From Rhodosorus marinus CCMP1338 (Eukaryota > Plantae > Rhodophyta), in the NCBI GenBank assembly GCA_029953675.1, contig JAMWBK010000004.1, positions 186,001 to 250,000 of the forward strand: a DNA stretch of 64,000 nucleotides, in the 5' to 3' direction. Each line of letters begins with the position of its first letter. Within the stretch, counting starts at the first letter, position 1. The notes under the pieces are model-generated. The model was not told the origin of the DNA. It made no database searches and was given only the letters and a program-made list of their open reading frames with translations. Both the position numbers and the translations under genes were made by a program. Shown here in pieces: positions 52,947-64,000 of the stretch.

Positions 52947-53748
52947 ACATCGCCGCCTTCATCGCTCCACCCGCCTACACAAGGGAAGTCATCAAAAAGA
53001 TCAATCCCAGCCGCCCAGATTTCACGTCACGAGAAAGCAGGTGTCAGCAACGAGCTCGCAATCCCTGAAAAATTTAAAAACAAATATTACCGGATGCCTT
53101 TTTCGTGGTGCTAGGTGCACTTACTTCGGGTAAATTTTGGAAGGCGGATATGGGGCATGCCCCATTCGCCCTTGGCAAGCCAAATCGGCGATTCCAACCT
53201 ACACATTCGGGTTCTGAGGTCGGCATGCTTGCCCCAATGCTTGCATCAATGCTTGCCCAAATCCTTAGGATTGTTCTCGTGGTTTGGTTGCACCGGCGAG
53301 CTCGTCTAGGAGGGCCTTGTGCAAAAGGTTTTCCTCTGTGTGTGTGTGTTTGTGTTTGTTTGTTTCTGGAAGGATTTGAACTGGTGGCTGTGCTGCTGCT
53401 GACGCGCGAACCTCATCGGAGATACTCCTTCTCAAAGTGGTGGCTTCTCGAGGTGTCGACAAATTGATTCGATAGGGGTTGAGCTTGTAAATCGCTTCGT
53501 AGGATGATGGTAAGGAGGGTCCGGACCCTGAACACTGTACAGCGACACTGTCTGAAAGACCAAAGCACTCGATGATCGGTTGTACAATCCGATGAGCAGC
53601 GCCGAGTCCCGGGCTTGCGATACCAGCTGATAGCAAAGGTTCGTAGAGAACAACTTCCACTCCTACTCTTTCATCTGTTTAGTCAGATCCTAACTACACT
53701 GGACTTTACTAGCATAGCCTGAAGCGCTACGCAAGGCGTGAAGATGAA

Positions 53749-54060
53749 CTAATAACTAGGGAGGGAAGTATGCAACCCCAGGCGCCGATGGCGCGCCTCG
53801 GAAAGCATGTCGCTGGAATATCGCCAAAGGGAGACACTTAAACGCCTCAAGAGCGCCAAATATTCAGTAGGATGCTCAGCAAAACATTTCCGCAACCACT
53901 CTAAACCCGACTTATCGACGTGACCAAAGCTTTCCACAATGAATGGCTGGAACCGGTGAGAGCGACCCTCAGCGCAAGGCAGACTGGCCATGCTCTCAGC
54001 ATACACTCAAAAAGCTGGAAACAAGGCTGATGAAGCGGCGTTGGTTGCGTGAGGGCTTTG
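53749..54060 (-). mobile_element. Decayed 3' fragment of a non-LTR retrotransposon with restriction-like endonuclease (CRE/R2-type C-terminus)
   Basis: RFQPFIVESFGHVDKSGLEWL...LLRRLSVSLWRYSS resembles the FxPxxxETxGxW...QRxSxxLQRxN tail of REL-encoding elements. Upstream frames contain stops and no RT motif is visible. Confidence 0.55.
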
Positions 54061-54877
54061 GGGATCAATTTGATGGTTGGACGCTTCCAACCCCTTAGTC
54101 TAGCAAGGCAAGTGCATGTATCAAAGACTAACCCTGTGGCCTAGTTCCGCCGCGCTTATCCTTGAAGCTGGCTCCTTGCGTCGAGGGTAGTTCTCGACTC
54201 TTCGAGTTGCGTTAGCCCCCGAACGGAGGACAAGGTCGCGCGCTCCTTATATTTCCATGCGCGTGTTAGGTCTACACAAACCCGTTAGGGTTTTTTTAAC
54301 CCATAGATAGATTCCCTATTCCCTGTTGGCGGGCTCCAGCACGGAGTCTTTTAGTAAAGCGTTCACGGTTACCGATTTCAATTGTGCTCTTCATTGTGGA
54401 GCTGCTTCTTAGGAACACGTCCATGTTCGTGATGAGTTCCAGTAGAATAATTCATTTAAAATGGGATATTCAATTTAGGATCATTATACAAACTATCCTC
54501 AATAAATTGTATTTTTAGTTATATTAATCCATATAAGAATCTTTCAAGTTTTTCATAAAATGTACAAACTAAGTTTATATTGAGGCAATCCGGAATTTGC
54601 ACTAAAGCCATAGAAGAGCCCAATTTCACCCTCTAAAGTTTTATCAATATAGAATTGGGCAAGCTCTTTGGATGGGGGCTTGGCTCATTGCCTTAGTGAC
54701 CTTCCACCTTAAAAATTGGATATTCTTTTCAAACCATCACCCTTACAAAGTACAGATACCCCCCCCCCAAAAGAAAAAAAATTGAGGCGGAAGAAAGGAG
54801 AGAATGTACTAGAACTGGGAAAGCGCGAATAGTATTATATTTATTCAACTATTTAGGGCTACTTACCTATCAATCAA

Positions 54878-55170
54878 TTTTCAGAAACTCCGAACAACCC
54901 TGAAGCAAACTGGAGGGTATCTCATCCTCGGGGATTGCCAAAAAAGGAATGAGAAGAGCAAGCTTTCTTGCATTCATCGACGATTTAAGAAAGGAAGCAA
55001 AAAGCACAACAATCAATATTGTTGTAATTAATTTTTCAGAAACTCAGGACGACCCTGAAGCAACCTGAAGCAATCTCATCTTCGGGCAATGCACAAAAAA
55101 AAGAAAAAGAAAAGGAAGCCGAATCGACGGCACTAGAAGGAAAAAACCGCAACAATAAATCTCTCTAGCT
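54878..55170. repeat. Diverged tandem duplication, ~155-bp period
   Basis: TTTTCAGAAACTC..ACCCTGAAGCAA..ATCTCATC.TCGGG occurs near 54880 and again near 55035, with weaker colinear similarity downstream. Confidence 0.75.
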
Positions 55171-56025
55171 TTGCCTGCTGGGAAAGCAATTGAATTGGTG
55201 CTTTTCTTCTCATGTCTTGGAAAGTAGAAAAGGCAATGGTTTAATATTGGCGCAAAACAAAATTTTACGATACGTTGAACCATTGGCTGTTTGATTTAGA
55301 AACATTACGATGATTGGATGGGGTTACGAATTCATTTTATTTTAACAAGGAAATATCAAAATCTTGATGTTTTGCTACATGACGAAACCTCCCCAAAATT
55401 TCAGATGTTCAACCAATGAAAATGAAGATTAAGAGTTGCCTAACTTACGCAAAACTGACAAGTTAAGAAGGTACTTTTTGGGGTTATCTATTTTGTATTA
55501 TAATTCAAGAACTATAGGTTCGGTCTCCTTGTGTTCATCATCTGTTTATTCAGAGCCAAACTACCGTTTTACCCTGAGAAGAGAGAAATCGAGAGGCTGA
55601 TGACGCGTGCCCAGCGGGGACAGAACACAACTTCAGACAGGAGCGCCCAAAGGAACATGGTTTTCGCTCATTTTGCCCAGCACGGGGTGATGAGTCCCAA
55701 ATAATTTTGCAATTGAAAACTGCATTTTCGCCATTGACAATGAATACTTTTTACCTCTCAACTTTTTTTCGCGAAAACAGTTTCGGACAAGAAAGAGCAG
55801 CCCAATGGGGAGTTTTGTTTTTGATTGAATTCTTTCTTTCTTCTTCTTCCAATGTAAGCGCCCGTTGCACTGTTACTGTTGAGTTGCCTTGGCAAAACGA
55901 TATTGCAAGTAGCCAATGTTCGCTTGACTTGATCATCAACAGCATGCACGAAAGCTGCATTCGTTTCTACCTAACAGAGAGGAAATCGTGGCGTTCTCGG
56001 ACAGCGGGTATATATAGGTGGATTG

Positions 56026-56205
56026 AGCGTCCCCTGTCTGACGCATAACCCAATGGTATGCCCTCATCGCACATTGTTGTGGGTAAGGATAAAGCGTCCC
56101 CTGTCATATGTCATATCCCAATGCGATGCACTCGTCTCACATTGTTGTGGGTAGGGATTAAGCGTCCCGTGCCATATGCATATCCCAATGCGATGCACTC
56201 ATCAT
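56026..56205. repeat. Minisatellite, ~68-bp unit, ~2.7 copies
   Basis: AGCGTCCC at 56026, 56093 and 56161. The units share CCCAATG, ATGC(A/C)CTC and CACATTGTTGTGGGTA. Confidence 0.9.
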
Positions 56206-57703
56206 CGTCGATTCAGAGACACCACTCCTCATCTACTGGGGAATCCAAGGGAAGCATAGGAACCAAGAGACAGCGATTGGACTCAGACTAACAAACCATC
56301 GCGGCGTGTTTGGCATTCGCCGCTGGTGCTCCCTACGAACTACTGCCATAGCTTCCCCCAACGGAAGCGGATAACCACATGCCATGAACCGCCAAAGCTC
56401 TCCCGACAATAGAAATCATCAAGTGACGGTTATCCGATAACTTTCGCACGGCCGGTACGGCCCGTGTTCGTTCCTCCAAGAATCATCCTAACTTGTTACA
56501 ATGATTGCCCAAGCCCGTTCAGCCCCTCCAGACCGCCCTAAAAAGATCCTAATTTTCCTAGACGAGACGTCTAGAACAATTTTCAATACAAAATTTCACT
56601 CCGCAGCATCAGAACTGTCCACTTGACAAAAACAAGGCTGGAAGTTCAAACGCACCCAGCATCACCATCTAATCGTCCTCCCCCTTCTCACTGGGGGGTG
56701 AGGAGTGCGATATGCTCGTTAGAAAATACGATAATTCTTTTGAACTTCAAACAATAGATCGAGCTCGGTAAATAAATCGGGTCCCCTTGAAAATTGAGCA
56801 TCAATCCCCGCCCGCTGTTGCCCTCCCGCTCCTTACCCAAAAATACACGTTTTTATCATATATTCGAAGAAAACATAATCTAGCAGAGTTTTCTATCACA
56901 GCCAGACACAGCCATCCTACGTATGATTGACTGTCAGGTTTCGCCACGCAAAACTAGGAAAAGCTCCCCCACCTCTCTCGCAAGCAGTCAGTGGCAAAAC
57001 TGCTTTCACCCCTCCCCTCTAATTTTTCAGCAAGAGCCTTCAAATTACCAAAACTCATTCACAAAACTTAATTTTTCTTTCAACGCACGCCTATCCCTAT
57101 CCCCCCACCCCCACCCCTTTCCAACCTACTGATCAGTTTAAGGGGTTTCGGTGCATTCCTTAAAAACTATTCCCCATTAAAAATATTATTGGTCGCACCT
57201 CCACCCTCCCCGCACAACCGGAAAACAGCAATGCCGATTTTGGTGAAACAAGGAGGTTTCAGATAGTTCCGTGATTTCGATTTCACAAAGGGGGGGATAA
57301 ACTAAATCCCCTTGTACGCCAATAACTATCTATTTACTAACAATTATCACAGATTATTGTTTCTTTAGGATCTACAAAAGGGGGTAAAAAGGGTTTCTGC
57401 TGGGTTTCGGGGTTAATTTTGAGGGCTGTCACTAGTGCGGAATGTATGTGGGGAAGCTGATCGGAAAAGGGGGGGGGGGGAGTTGAGCGTATATAAGAGT
57501 TCTGTCTGGATGTCCTGAATTGGATCTCTTGGAATCTTTTGGTAAGTGAGCGATTCGAACTTGGGAGGACCTAAGTAATGAGTCAGTTTGGTTGTGGTGA
57601 TTGGAAGTCTGCTTTTTGTGGAATTCAAGTTTCGAGGGTATTTTTGGTGAGGTGTTAGTTGGAGAGGCTGGGATTTACTGTATATGTTTTGAAGCATTGA
57701 GAG

Positions 57704-58309
57704 ATGGAGAGTATGTCAAAGCTTCCTGTGCTCGATGAGTTGTTGGAGGTCTCCCGGGTGAGCAAGCTCTTCGGCAGGTTGAGTGGAGGTGATTTGGATG
57801 CGAGCAGGAGGGATTTTGCGAGCTCGAGAAAGAGCAAGTCCGCGGATTTGAAGAGCGGTTCGAAGTATAGCGCTGTCGAATCCTGGAGAAGGTCTGGCAA
57901 GATGAAAAGTTCGGACTTCAAGACGAACTACGAAATCTGGGTTAAAAGCGATATCTCAGATGAGTCGAGTGTGGAGAGCGATGGGTTTCGATCGACTTCC
58001 AGGGGTTGGTCCCATGACCTATGGAAGAAGGACCGGGTCCTCAGCGCCCTGAAAGTCAGCGAGGATTTGGCCTCTGATGATGAAGACCTGCCAATGAGCC
58101 CACTATCTTCTTCCTCCATTGTAAAGTCTATTGAATTTGAGGAAGTTGCCAAGGCGCAGATCTCGCCGACGCCGCTTCTGATGGTGCTCTCCCTGTTGAT
58201 GCTGGTTCTGCTGGTCTTCTTCTCCGTTGAAGCTTGGGAATCGACAGAATTTGCCGAATTTGAGCGAAGTCTGCTTGAGTCAGCTGCCATTAAGGCTTCA
58301 AGTGTCTGA
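57704..58309 (+). CDS. Hypothetical Ser-rich protein with one C-terminal transmembrane helix
   Basis: 201-codon ATG-initiated ORF behind a G/T-rich leader like those of the other plus-strand genes. Hydrophobic run LLMVLSLLMLVLLVFFSV. No family recognised. Confidence 0.6.
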   Translation: MESMSKLPVLDELLEVSRVSKLFGRLSGGDLDASRRDFASSRKSKSADLKSGSKYSAVESWRRSGKMKSSDFKTNYEIWVKSDISDESSVESDGFRSTSRGWSHDLWKKDRVLSALKVSEDLASDDEDLPMSPLSSSSIVKSIEFEEVAKAQISPTPLLMVLSLLMLVLLVFFSVEAWESTEFAEFERSLLESAAIKASSV

Positions 58310-59617
58310 TCAGAAGGAGTTCTACAGGAGGCTGAATTTAGTCGGCCGGGGTCTGCTTAAAATATTATTTGTACTGTTGATAACATCTGTAAATACCTGT
58401 TCTAAAATGCTACTATAAATGCTCAGCCTCAGATATGAATTCTATATTGAGAAGAGATTTAAAACCATACTACTTCACGAGTCACACAAGGTGCGAGGCG
58501 CACATAGATTCCTCCGAACGCTGCACATACATACCCACACACCGTCCAATTCCACCCAGTAACAACTAACCTGACGAATAGGGACAGCAAGAGGGAGGCA
58601 GAAGCAGTCAGAGACAGGCCACTTCCAAACCCCTCCGCCAATGTCCAGAACCCAGCCCTCCTGTTCAACCGGTAAATAGCGTAGTACGACTCGCACTTTG
58701 CCAATCCGATCGAATTCAGTCAATATTATCAATCTATTTACAAATTTTTGGATTGAGATATCTTTGTTGATTGAGGTTTTTTCGTTCTGTTTTTTTGCTG
58801 GAAGTTGAGTTGGCATTGATGACTAGGATTGAGGAGAGGTTTGACCGGCAGAGGCGTGTCGATGTTTCTCTGAGTGTGATCTATCTGGTCGGAAGCGATG
58901 AGGTGGAAGTGTAGCAACAAGTCTTGGCATGGGCATTTAGAGAAGTTGGAATTTTGTGGATTGTTCGAAATATGGGTTATCTGTGGAAGGCGCGCACGCT
59001 TTGTTTTTCGGACTCGCGACGTATTGGAGAAAGGAAAAGGATGCGCTTTTTCTCTGTACGGCTTGGTTGCTTCTAGAGATATGCTTGGGGTTGTAGTTTG
59101 AACAGATCATCCGAATGAGCTTTCCGGCTCTGAAGACGGACAGATGCCCTCCTCAATGCACTAGCCCTAGGCCAGTCAGATAGTGACTGCGTGCTCGTGG
59201 AACTATCTACAGAACTCGCATCGGTATCAAATTCTTATTGATCAGCGCTCATACTGAGTCCGGTTGATGTCGAGAGCGAAGGAAAAGTCTCTAAACCAGC
59301 CGCCAACCCGAAACCCAGTTTCATGAAATTCTTGCGGGTTAGTGTTCGTTTCGTCCAAGCAAGTTTATGCTATTTAAGAAGAAAAAATGGCGATATTCAA
59401 ATCCAGAGAATTCGAAAAGGGGGTGTTGCAGAATACCCACATTGTTGTAAGAAGGTATCCATTTCAGTGCAATTGGGAACGTCAGGGATCAGAACGGGTT
59501 CCTCACACCTGTCAAGGAGGTGTCGTTGAGTAACGAGCAACTAGTTCTGGATGGACGGGGAAAGATCTCGGATTCGGTTTTAAACTGGTCACGATGGGGT
59601 CTAGAATCTGCACATAG

Positions 59618-61982
59618 ATGAGCGCTGAGGCGTCCCATTCCCGAAATGGGTGGGAGGGGACGCTGACGAAGGAACAGGAAGCCGTTGTCTATGCGGATGC
59701 TGGTGAGGCTCTGAGCGTCATCGCAGGAGCAGGATCGGGCAAAACGCGAGTGATCGCGGCACGGGCAAGCAGGCTGATTGATCAGGGCATCTATCCTGTC
59801 CTGTTACTTTCGTTCTCACGGGCGGCAGCTGAAGAACTTCGTCATCGACTTGGAAAGTCTGTAAACCAACGAAAGGCGTTGCCCAGACAGAGCAAGTTCG
59901 AGGTGTCAACGTTTCACGCGCTCGGACTCAGGATACTGCGCTCTTGTAGCACAGAAGTACTTTTGCAGAGGACTGGAAGGTCAAAAGGCTTTTCAATCTT
60001 TTCGTTCACCGAACAGAGGAACATTGCGCAGGAGGTCTTGAGAGAGCTCGGCAAAGAAGGATCTCCAGCGTCGATCTTGAAATCCATTCTGAGCTCCCGG
60101 CTTCACCCTCAAAGCAAGCCGAGTGCAGAAGTACAAGCCGCGAGTGACCTGTACGAGAAGAAGCTGATTGAGAGTAACGCTTTCGACATCGAACAACTGG
60201 TTTTAGCAGCCGAGCTGATCCTCGAACGCGAGACCAGCGTTCGGAAGCAATGGCAGAACCAGTTCAAGGGAGTCCTCGTCGATGAGTTTCAGGACGTTTC
60301 ACAGCACAACTTCAACCTACTTGTACAGCTCTGTGGAGCGACAACGAGCGTGACGGTTGTGGGGGATGATGACCAATCTATTTATTCTTTTCGCGGATCC
60401 ATTCCGGAGGTTTTCAAGCTGTTTGAGGCAAAGTTTCATGGAGCAAAGAACCAGCTCCAGCTTGTGGAGAACTTCAGAAGCCAGCAGCATCTCGTTGAGG
60501 CGGCTTCAGTCGTAATTTCTGATGCTCCGAATCGTCTACCGAAGAGGCTCAAAACGTCGAATCCTCCCGGCGCGAAGGTGAAGATCGTGAGTTGCATCAA
60601 CGCAGGTAAAAAGCAACTCAATGAAGAAGTACATCCGTGCACCGCTATCCCTCCTCACAGACTTTTTTCACTTTTTGCGGATCTCTAGACCATGAGGGGC
60701 AGTACCTAGCACAGCAGATCAAGCATTTGCACACCGATATGTCCATTCCATACTCTCAGATCGCTGTTCTAAGCCGTACCAGAGCGAGATCTCTGGAGAT
60801 CAGGTCGAGACTCGAGGACATAGGTGGGACGCATTAGCTATGACGATACCACCTTAACGGTTTGTCTGACACAAGAGTTTTGTTTTTTTTTCACCTCCAC
60901 CCCTAACTTGTCCAGCAATTCCTACGACCATGATGCCAAGAAAAGGTCGCGGGATGTCGTTCTGGTCTGTATTCCAGGACCCCGGCTCTTCCGAGTCCAG
61001 CCGAGTGCCAACAGCATCGTCAGCGGCGTTGGCTATGGTTCGTTTGGTTTGCAACGAGTCCGATAAGAGCTCGTTTGCGCTTCTGGCCAAATTGTTTGAG
61101 GTTCCCGACGATGTGGTGCAAACTCTAATGGGAGAGGCCCGCTGCACCTTATCCGCGGCGATCCGGATGAAGAATACTGCCTCCAAGGAAAATCGAAAGC
61201 AGCTGTTTCAATTTCTCGTCGTGGTGGATAAGCTGAAGCAGTACTTGACGAGGACGGCTGGCAGCGCTTCGTTGAGGCAATTCATTTATCAGGCTCTATC
61301 GCTACTTCCACTGGATGACAAGTACTCTGGATCGGTTGAGAAGGTTCTTGCAGCGGCTCAAGAAGCCGACTCGATTGGCGGCGAGGACTCGGGTTCGGTA
61401 ACCTTCGGAGCGGAGAAAGCGGGTTCTTACGATGCAGAGGATGATATGGCACTTCTCTTGAAGGGATCCAAGAAGCCCTCAAATCATCGAGCCGCTCCAA
61501 TTTCCAATGGCAACGATCCTCGGTGGAGCGGAGTGGATCGTCTGCGCCGAACGCTCGACATCTTCGTTCAATTGGAAGCCGACAACGACATAAGCGCGGC
61601 CTCTGTTCCCAAGGAGAGTGTATTGTGCACCACGATTCATCAGTCGAAAGGCCTGGAGTGGCGCGTCGTTCTGCTCCCGGGGATGAACGACGGCACCCTC
61701 CCGCTTAGGAACCACTACTCCGAGTCGCGGGAGAACATCGACGAAGAGCGTAGGCTATGTTACGTCGCCTTCACCAGGGCGAGGGAGAAGCTGCTCATCT
61801 CGTACATCGTCCAAGACATGAACATGTCCCAGTTCCAGAGCTGTTTCCTTCAAAAGCTCCCACAAAGTTGTACCGAGAGAGAAGCCCTTGGCGAAATGAA
61901 ACCTTTGGATCATCCACCCTCAATTGGGCCGTCCAAACCCCCCCGGAAGCGGCCAAAAAAGAAACCAAAGGCCGAGGGTTAG
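59618..61982 (+). CDS. SRS2: UvrD/Rep/SRS2-like 3'-5' DNA helicase, probably three exons
   Basis: LTKEQ, AGAGSGKT, TFHALG, LVDEFQD, GDDDQSIYSFRG, ENFRS, VLSRT, TIHQSKGLEW, EERRLCYVAFTRA. Introns at about 60606-60688 and about 60826-60915. Confidence 0.9.
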
Positions 61983-62262
61983 AGAGACAATCGGCTGCTA
62001 GGACGTCCTTCTGCTTTGCCATCGTAAATGCTCTCCAGAGGAAAAAAGCGTTTCTAGATGTCTATATATACAGGGCGCCGGTGGTTGCCTGCGTCCGGTT
62101 TCATTTTGAAGCTCAATGTGTTAGTGAAAACGGCACTCTTGTAAAATAGAGAGCAGGTTTCCAGTTCCTCCTCATCCGCTCATTCAGATACCACTGACGT
62201 TCGTGGCTGCTTTGCAAACTAGTTTGGAGAGCTCGCGGGTGAGAAGGCTGGGCCGCATTACC

Positions 62263-63088
62263 CTATCGAATGTAACCCTTCTCCAGCAGTTTTGACTCGA
62301 GATCGGTGAGCGCCTTATTGCTGACGGAGTCCAATTCCGCTTTCTCCTCGCTCGTTACCTCGCGGACCTCTCTCACCTCCGGGACATAGTGTTTGAGCAT
62401 GTTCTCAACCCCCATCTTGAGCGTTACGCTGGAAGAACTGCATGAGGAGCATGCTCCCTGCAATTCTAGGTCTACAACCCCACTGATGTCATCAAATCCT
62501 CTAAAAATAATGTTCCCGCCGTCGTCCGCCACAGCGGGCTTCACCCTGGTCTCCAGGAGTTCCTTGATCATGGCAACGACATCAGAGTCCTCCGGGTAGA
62601 TTGTGCAATCATGATCTGGGAGGGCCCCTTCTGAGAGTACTGGCTCCCCAGAACTGTAGTGGTCCATGATTGCCTCGAAAAGATCCGGTCTCAGAACAGC
62701 CCATTCGATGTTGGAATCCTTGGTAACAGTGATAAAGTCCTTGGCTAAGAAAACTGAATTAACGCCGTCGATGACCAGCAGCTTCCTCGCCAAAGGTGAC
62801 GTCTGCGCGTCCCGAATGGAATTGAACTCAGCCGTTGCGACCTTGCCCAAAACTGGCTCGCCAGGCAGGAGCTTTACTGAATTCGCATTCGGAGTCGACT
62901 GAGTTTGAATAAACATGCTCCTCCAGAATCCTCTCCTCATATCAGGGCGGAAAGCCGACGAACCTACAAAACAAAAACCAAAAACTTTAGACAACCAGAA
63001 AACAACTAAAGCCACCGCGGGAGAGATAAAAACCCAAACAAACACACCCACCTCCAACCCGTCGAAACACAGATCTTACACAATACAT
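62263..63088 (-). CDS. NFU1: Mitochondrial NifU-like Fe-S carrier (NFU1/NFU4), two exons
   Basis: Exon 1 (63088-63052, MYCVRSVFRRVGG) joins in phase via GTGGGT..TTGTAG. MFIQTQSTPN, SPLARKL, FITVTK, IKELLETRVKPAVADDGG, LQGACSSCSSSSVTLKMGVENMLKHY (CxxC). Confidence 0.95.
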
Positions 63089-64000
63089 CTTGATCACAAA
63101 CTCGCCTCAAAAACTCAGCAGAATATCCTCACGTTTCCACTCCTCCGTCGCCACCAAACCTCAACCAAACCCCCCCCCCAAAAAAAATAAAATTTCCCCT
63201 CCAGTCCAAAACACGATGTTGATCCTGAACTCGACGTCGTCTTTACCAAAACAAAAACAAAACACTTCAGACAAGGTTTTAAGAAATATCAAACCAAACC
63301 AAAATCGCACTCCTCAAAACTAGATCGAAAACAGAAAGCTCCTCCTCCTCCTCAAACTTAGGAACACCTCTCCTCAGAGCTTCCCCTACTCAACAACGAA
63401 GACTTCACTTTGATATCCTCTGCGCGAGACGACCATTTCCAACTTTTCTTCTCCAAACTTTTTCTTTCTTCGAAAATTCTGGATTCTCATACCAATGAAA
63501 CTCCACCACCCGTCCTTAACCAATTCACTATCCAATAAAAAGTTTCCACATGTCCAACATCTCCGTAGTCAAAATTATAGTACTTTACGTATGTTTATGA
63601 ATTTTAATATCCAATTATATTATACCACATGTCTAATTTTGCGTTTATACAAATTATATACTGCCACGCGTTGTTGAGGTTGAAATTTAAGACTATAAAT
63701 TCGTAGTTAAGGATGAATACCTGCATAAAAATGATATTTTGTTTATTGGTGGATCATAGGCGGTCGCTGTGGCTATGGTGATTTCATTGCGCTGGTAGAG
63801 TTGGAGATTGGGTGAGAATGGGGGAGGAAGCGGATGTGTCAGTCACCAATTGCTATGTTTCGGGAAGAGCATTGCATTTGGTACGTTTTCCTGCAGCCCC
63901 AAGCCTATGATCTTTGGCAATTTTCTTCAAGGTTCTGAAGGCAGGGGCTTTGGGGGCAGCTGATGTGCCCTTGCCGGGGCTGAGAACCGCCCTTGCTGGC

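Noticed and set aside
58440-58920. Small spliced gene between the orphan TM gene and SRS2
   Set aside because: Splice-like signals occur on both strands and give only short unrecognisable peptides; it cannot be supported from sequence alone.
24921-61982. XRCC3 plus SRS2 as a recombination gene cluster
   Set aside because: They are 35 kb apart with many unrelated genes between them, which is consistent with chance.
63853-64000. 3' end of a minus-strand gene entering from the right edge
   Set aside because: Only about 48 open codons with no motif; too little to call.

Overview
Gene-dense eukaryotic genomic DNA with short (about 60-130 nt) GT-AG introns. It is most likely from a unicellular red alga. 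This is an inference from plastid proteins with simple MAFV/MEFGFV-type transit peptides and no bipartite signal, plus a bacterial-type PPK1, a BT1 folate transporter and a severin-type gelsolin. About 19 protein genes are supportable: SEC16 (runs off the left edge), RAY1-like GT77 glycosyltransferase, CHD3/PICKLE-like remodeller, PPK1, plastid alpha/beta hydrolase, DUF4787, XRCC3-like, an unknown mitochondrial membrane protein, an FHA protein, GH47 mannosidase, EMC6, BT1 transporter, a DUF3245-like protein, GFAT, WDR54-like, LQY1, a gelsolin-family protein, an orphan membrane protein, SRS2/UvrD helicase and NFU. Non-coding elements include an 862-bp non-autonomous TIR transposon, a six-copy ~175-bp tandem array, a decayed REL-type retroelement fragment and small local duplications. 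The most interesting observations are: (1) PPK1 fused to a C-terminal DIPP/Ddp1-type Nudix domain, with substitutions at normally near-invariant PPK1 positions; (2) a two-domain gelsolin (G1+G3, no G2) with a predicted N-myristoylation start; (3) an LQY1 orthologue in an apparent alga; (4) a 680-nt intron splitting an FHA domain. No tRNA, rRNA, snRNA or CRISPR array was found. All family assignments come from motif recognition by eye, not database searches.
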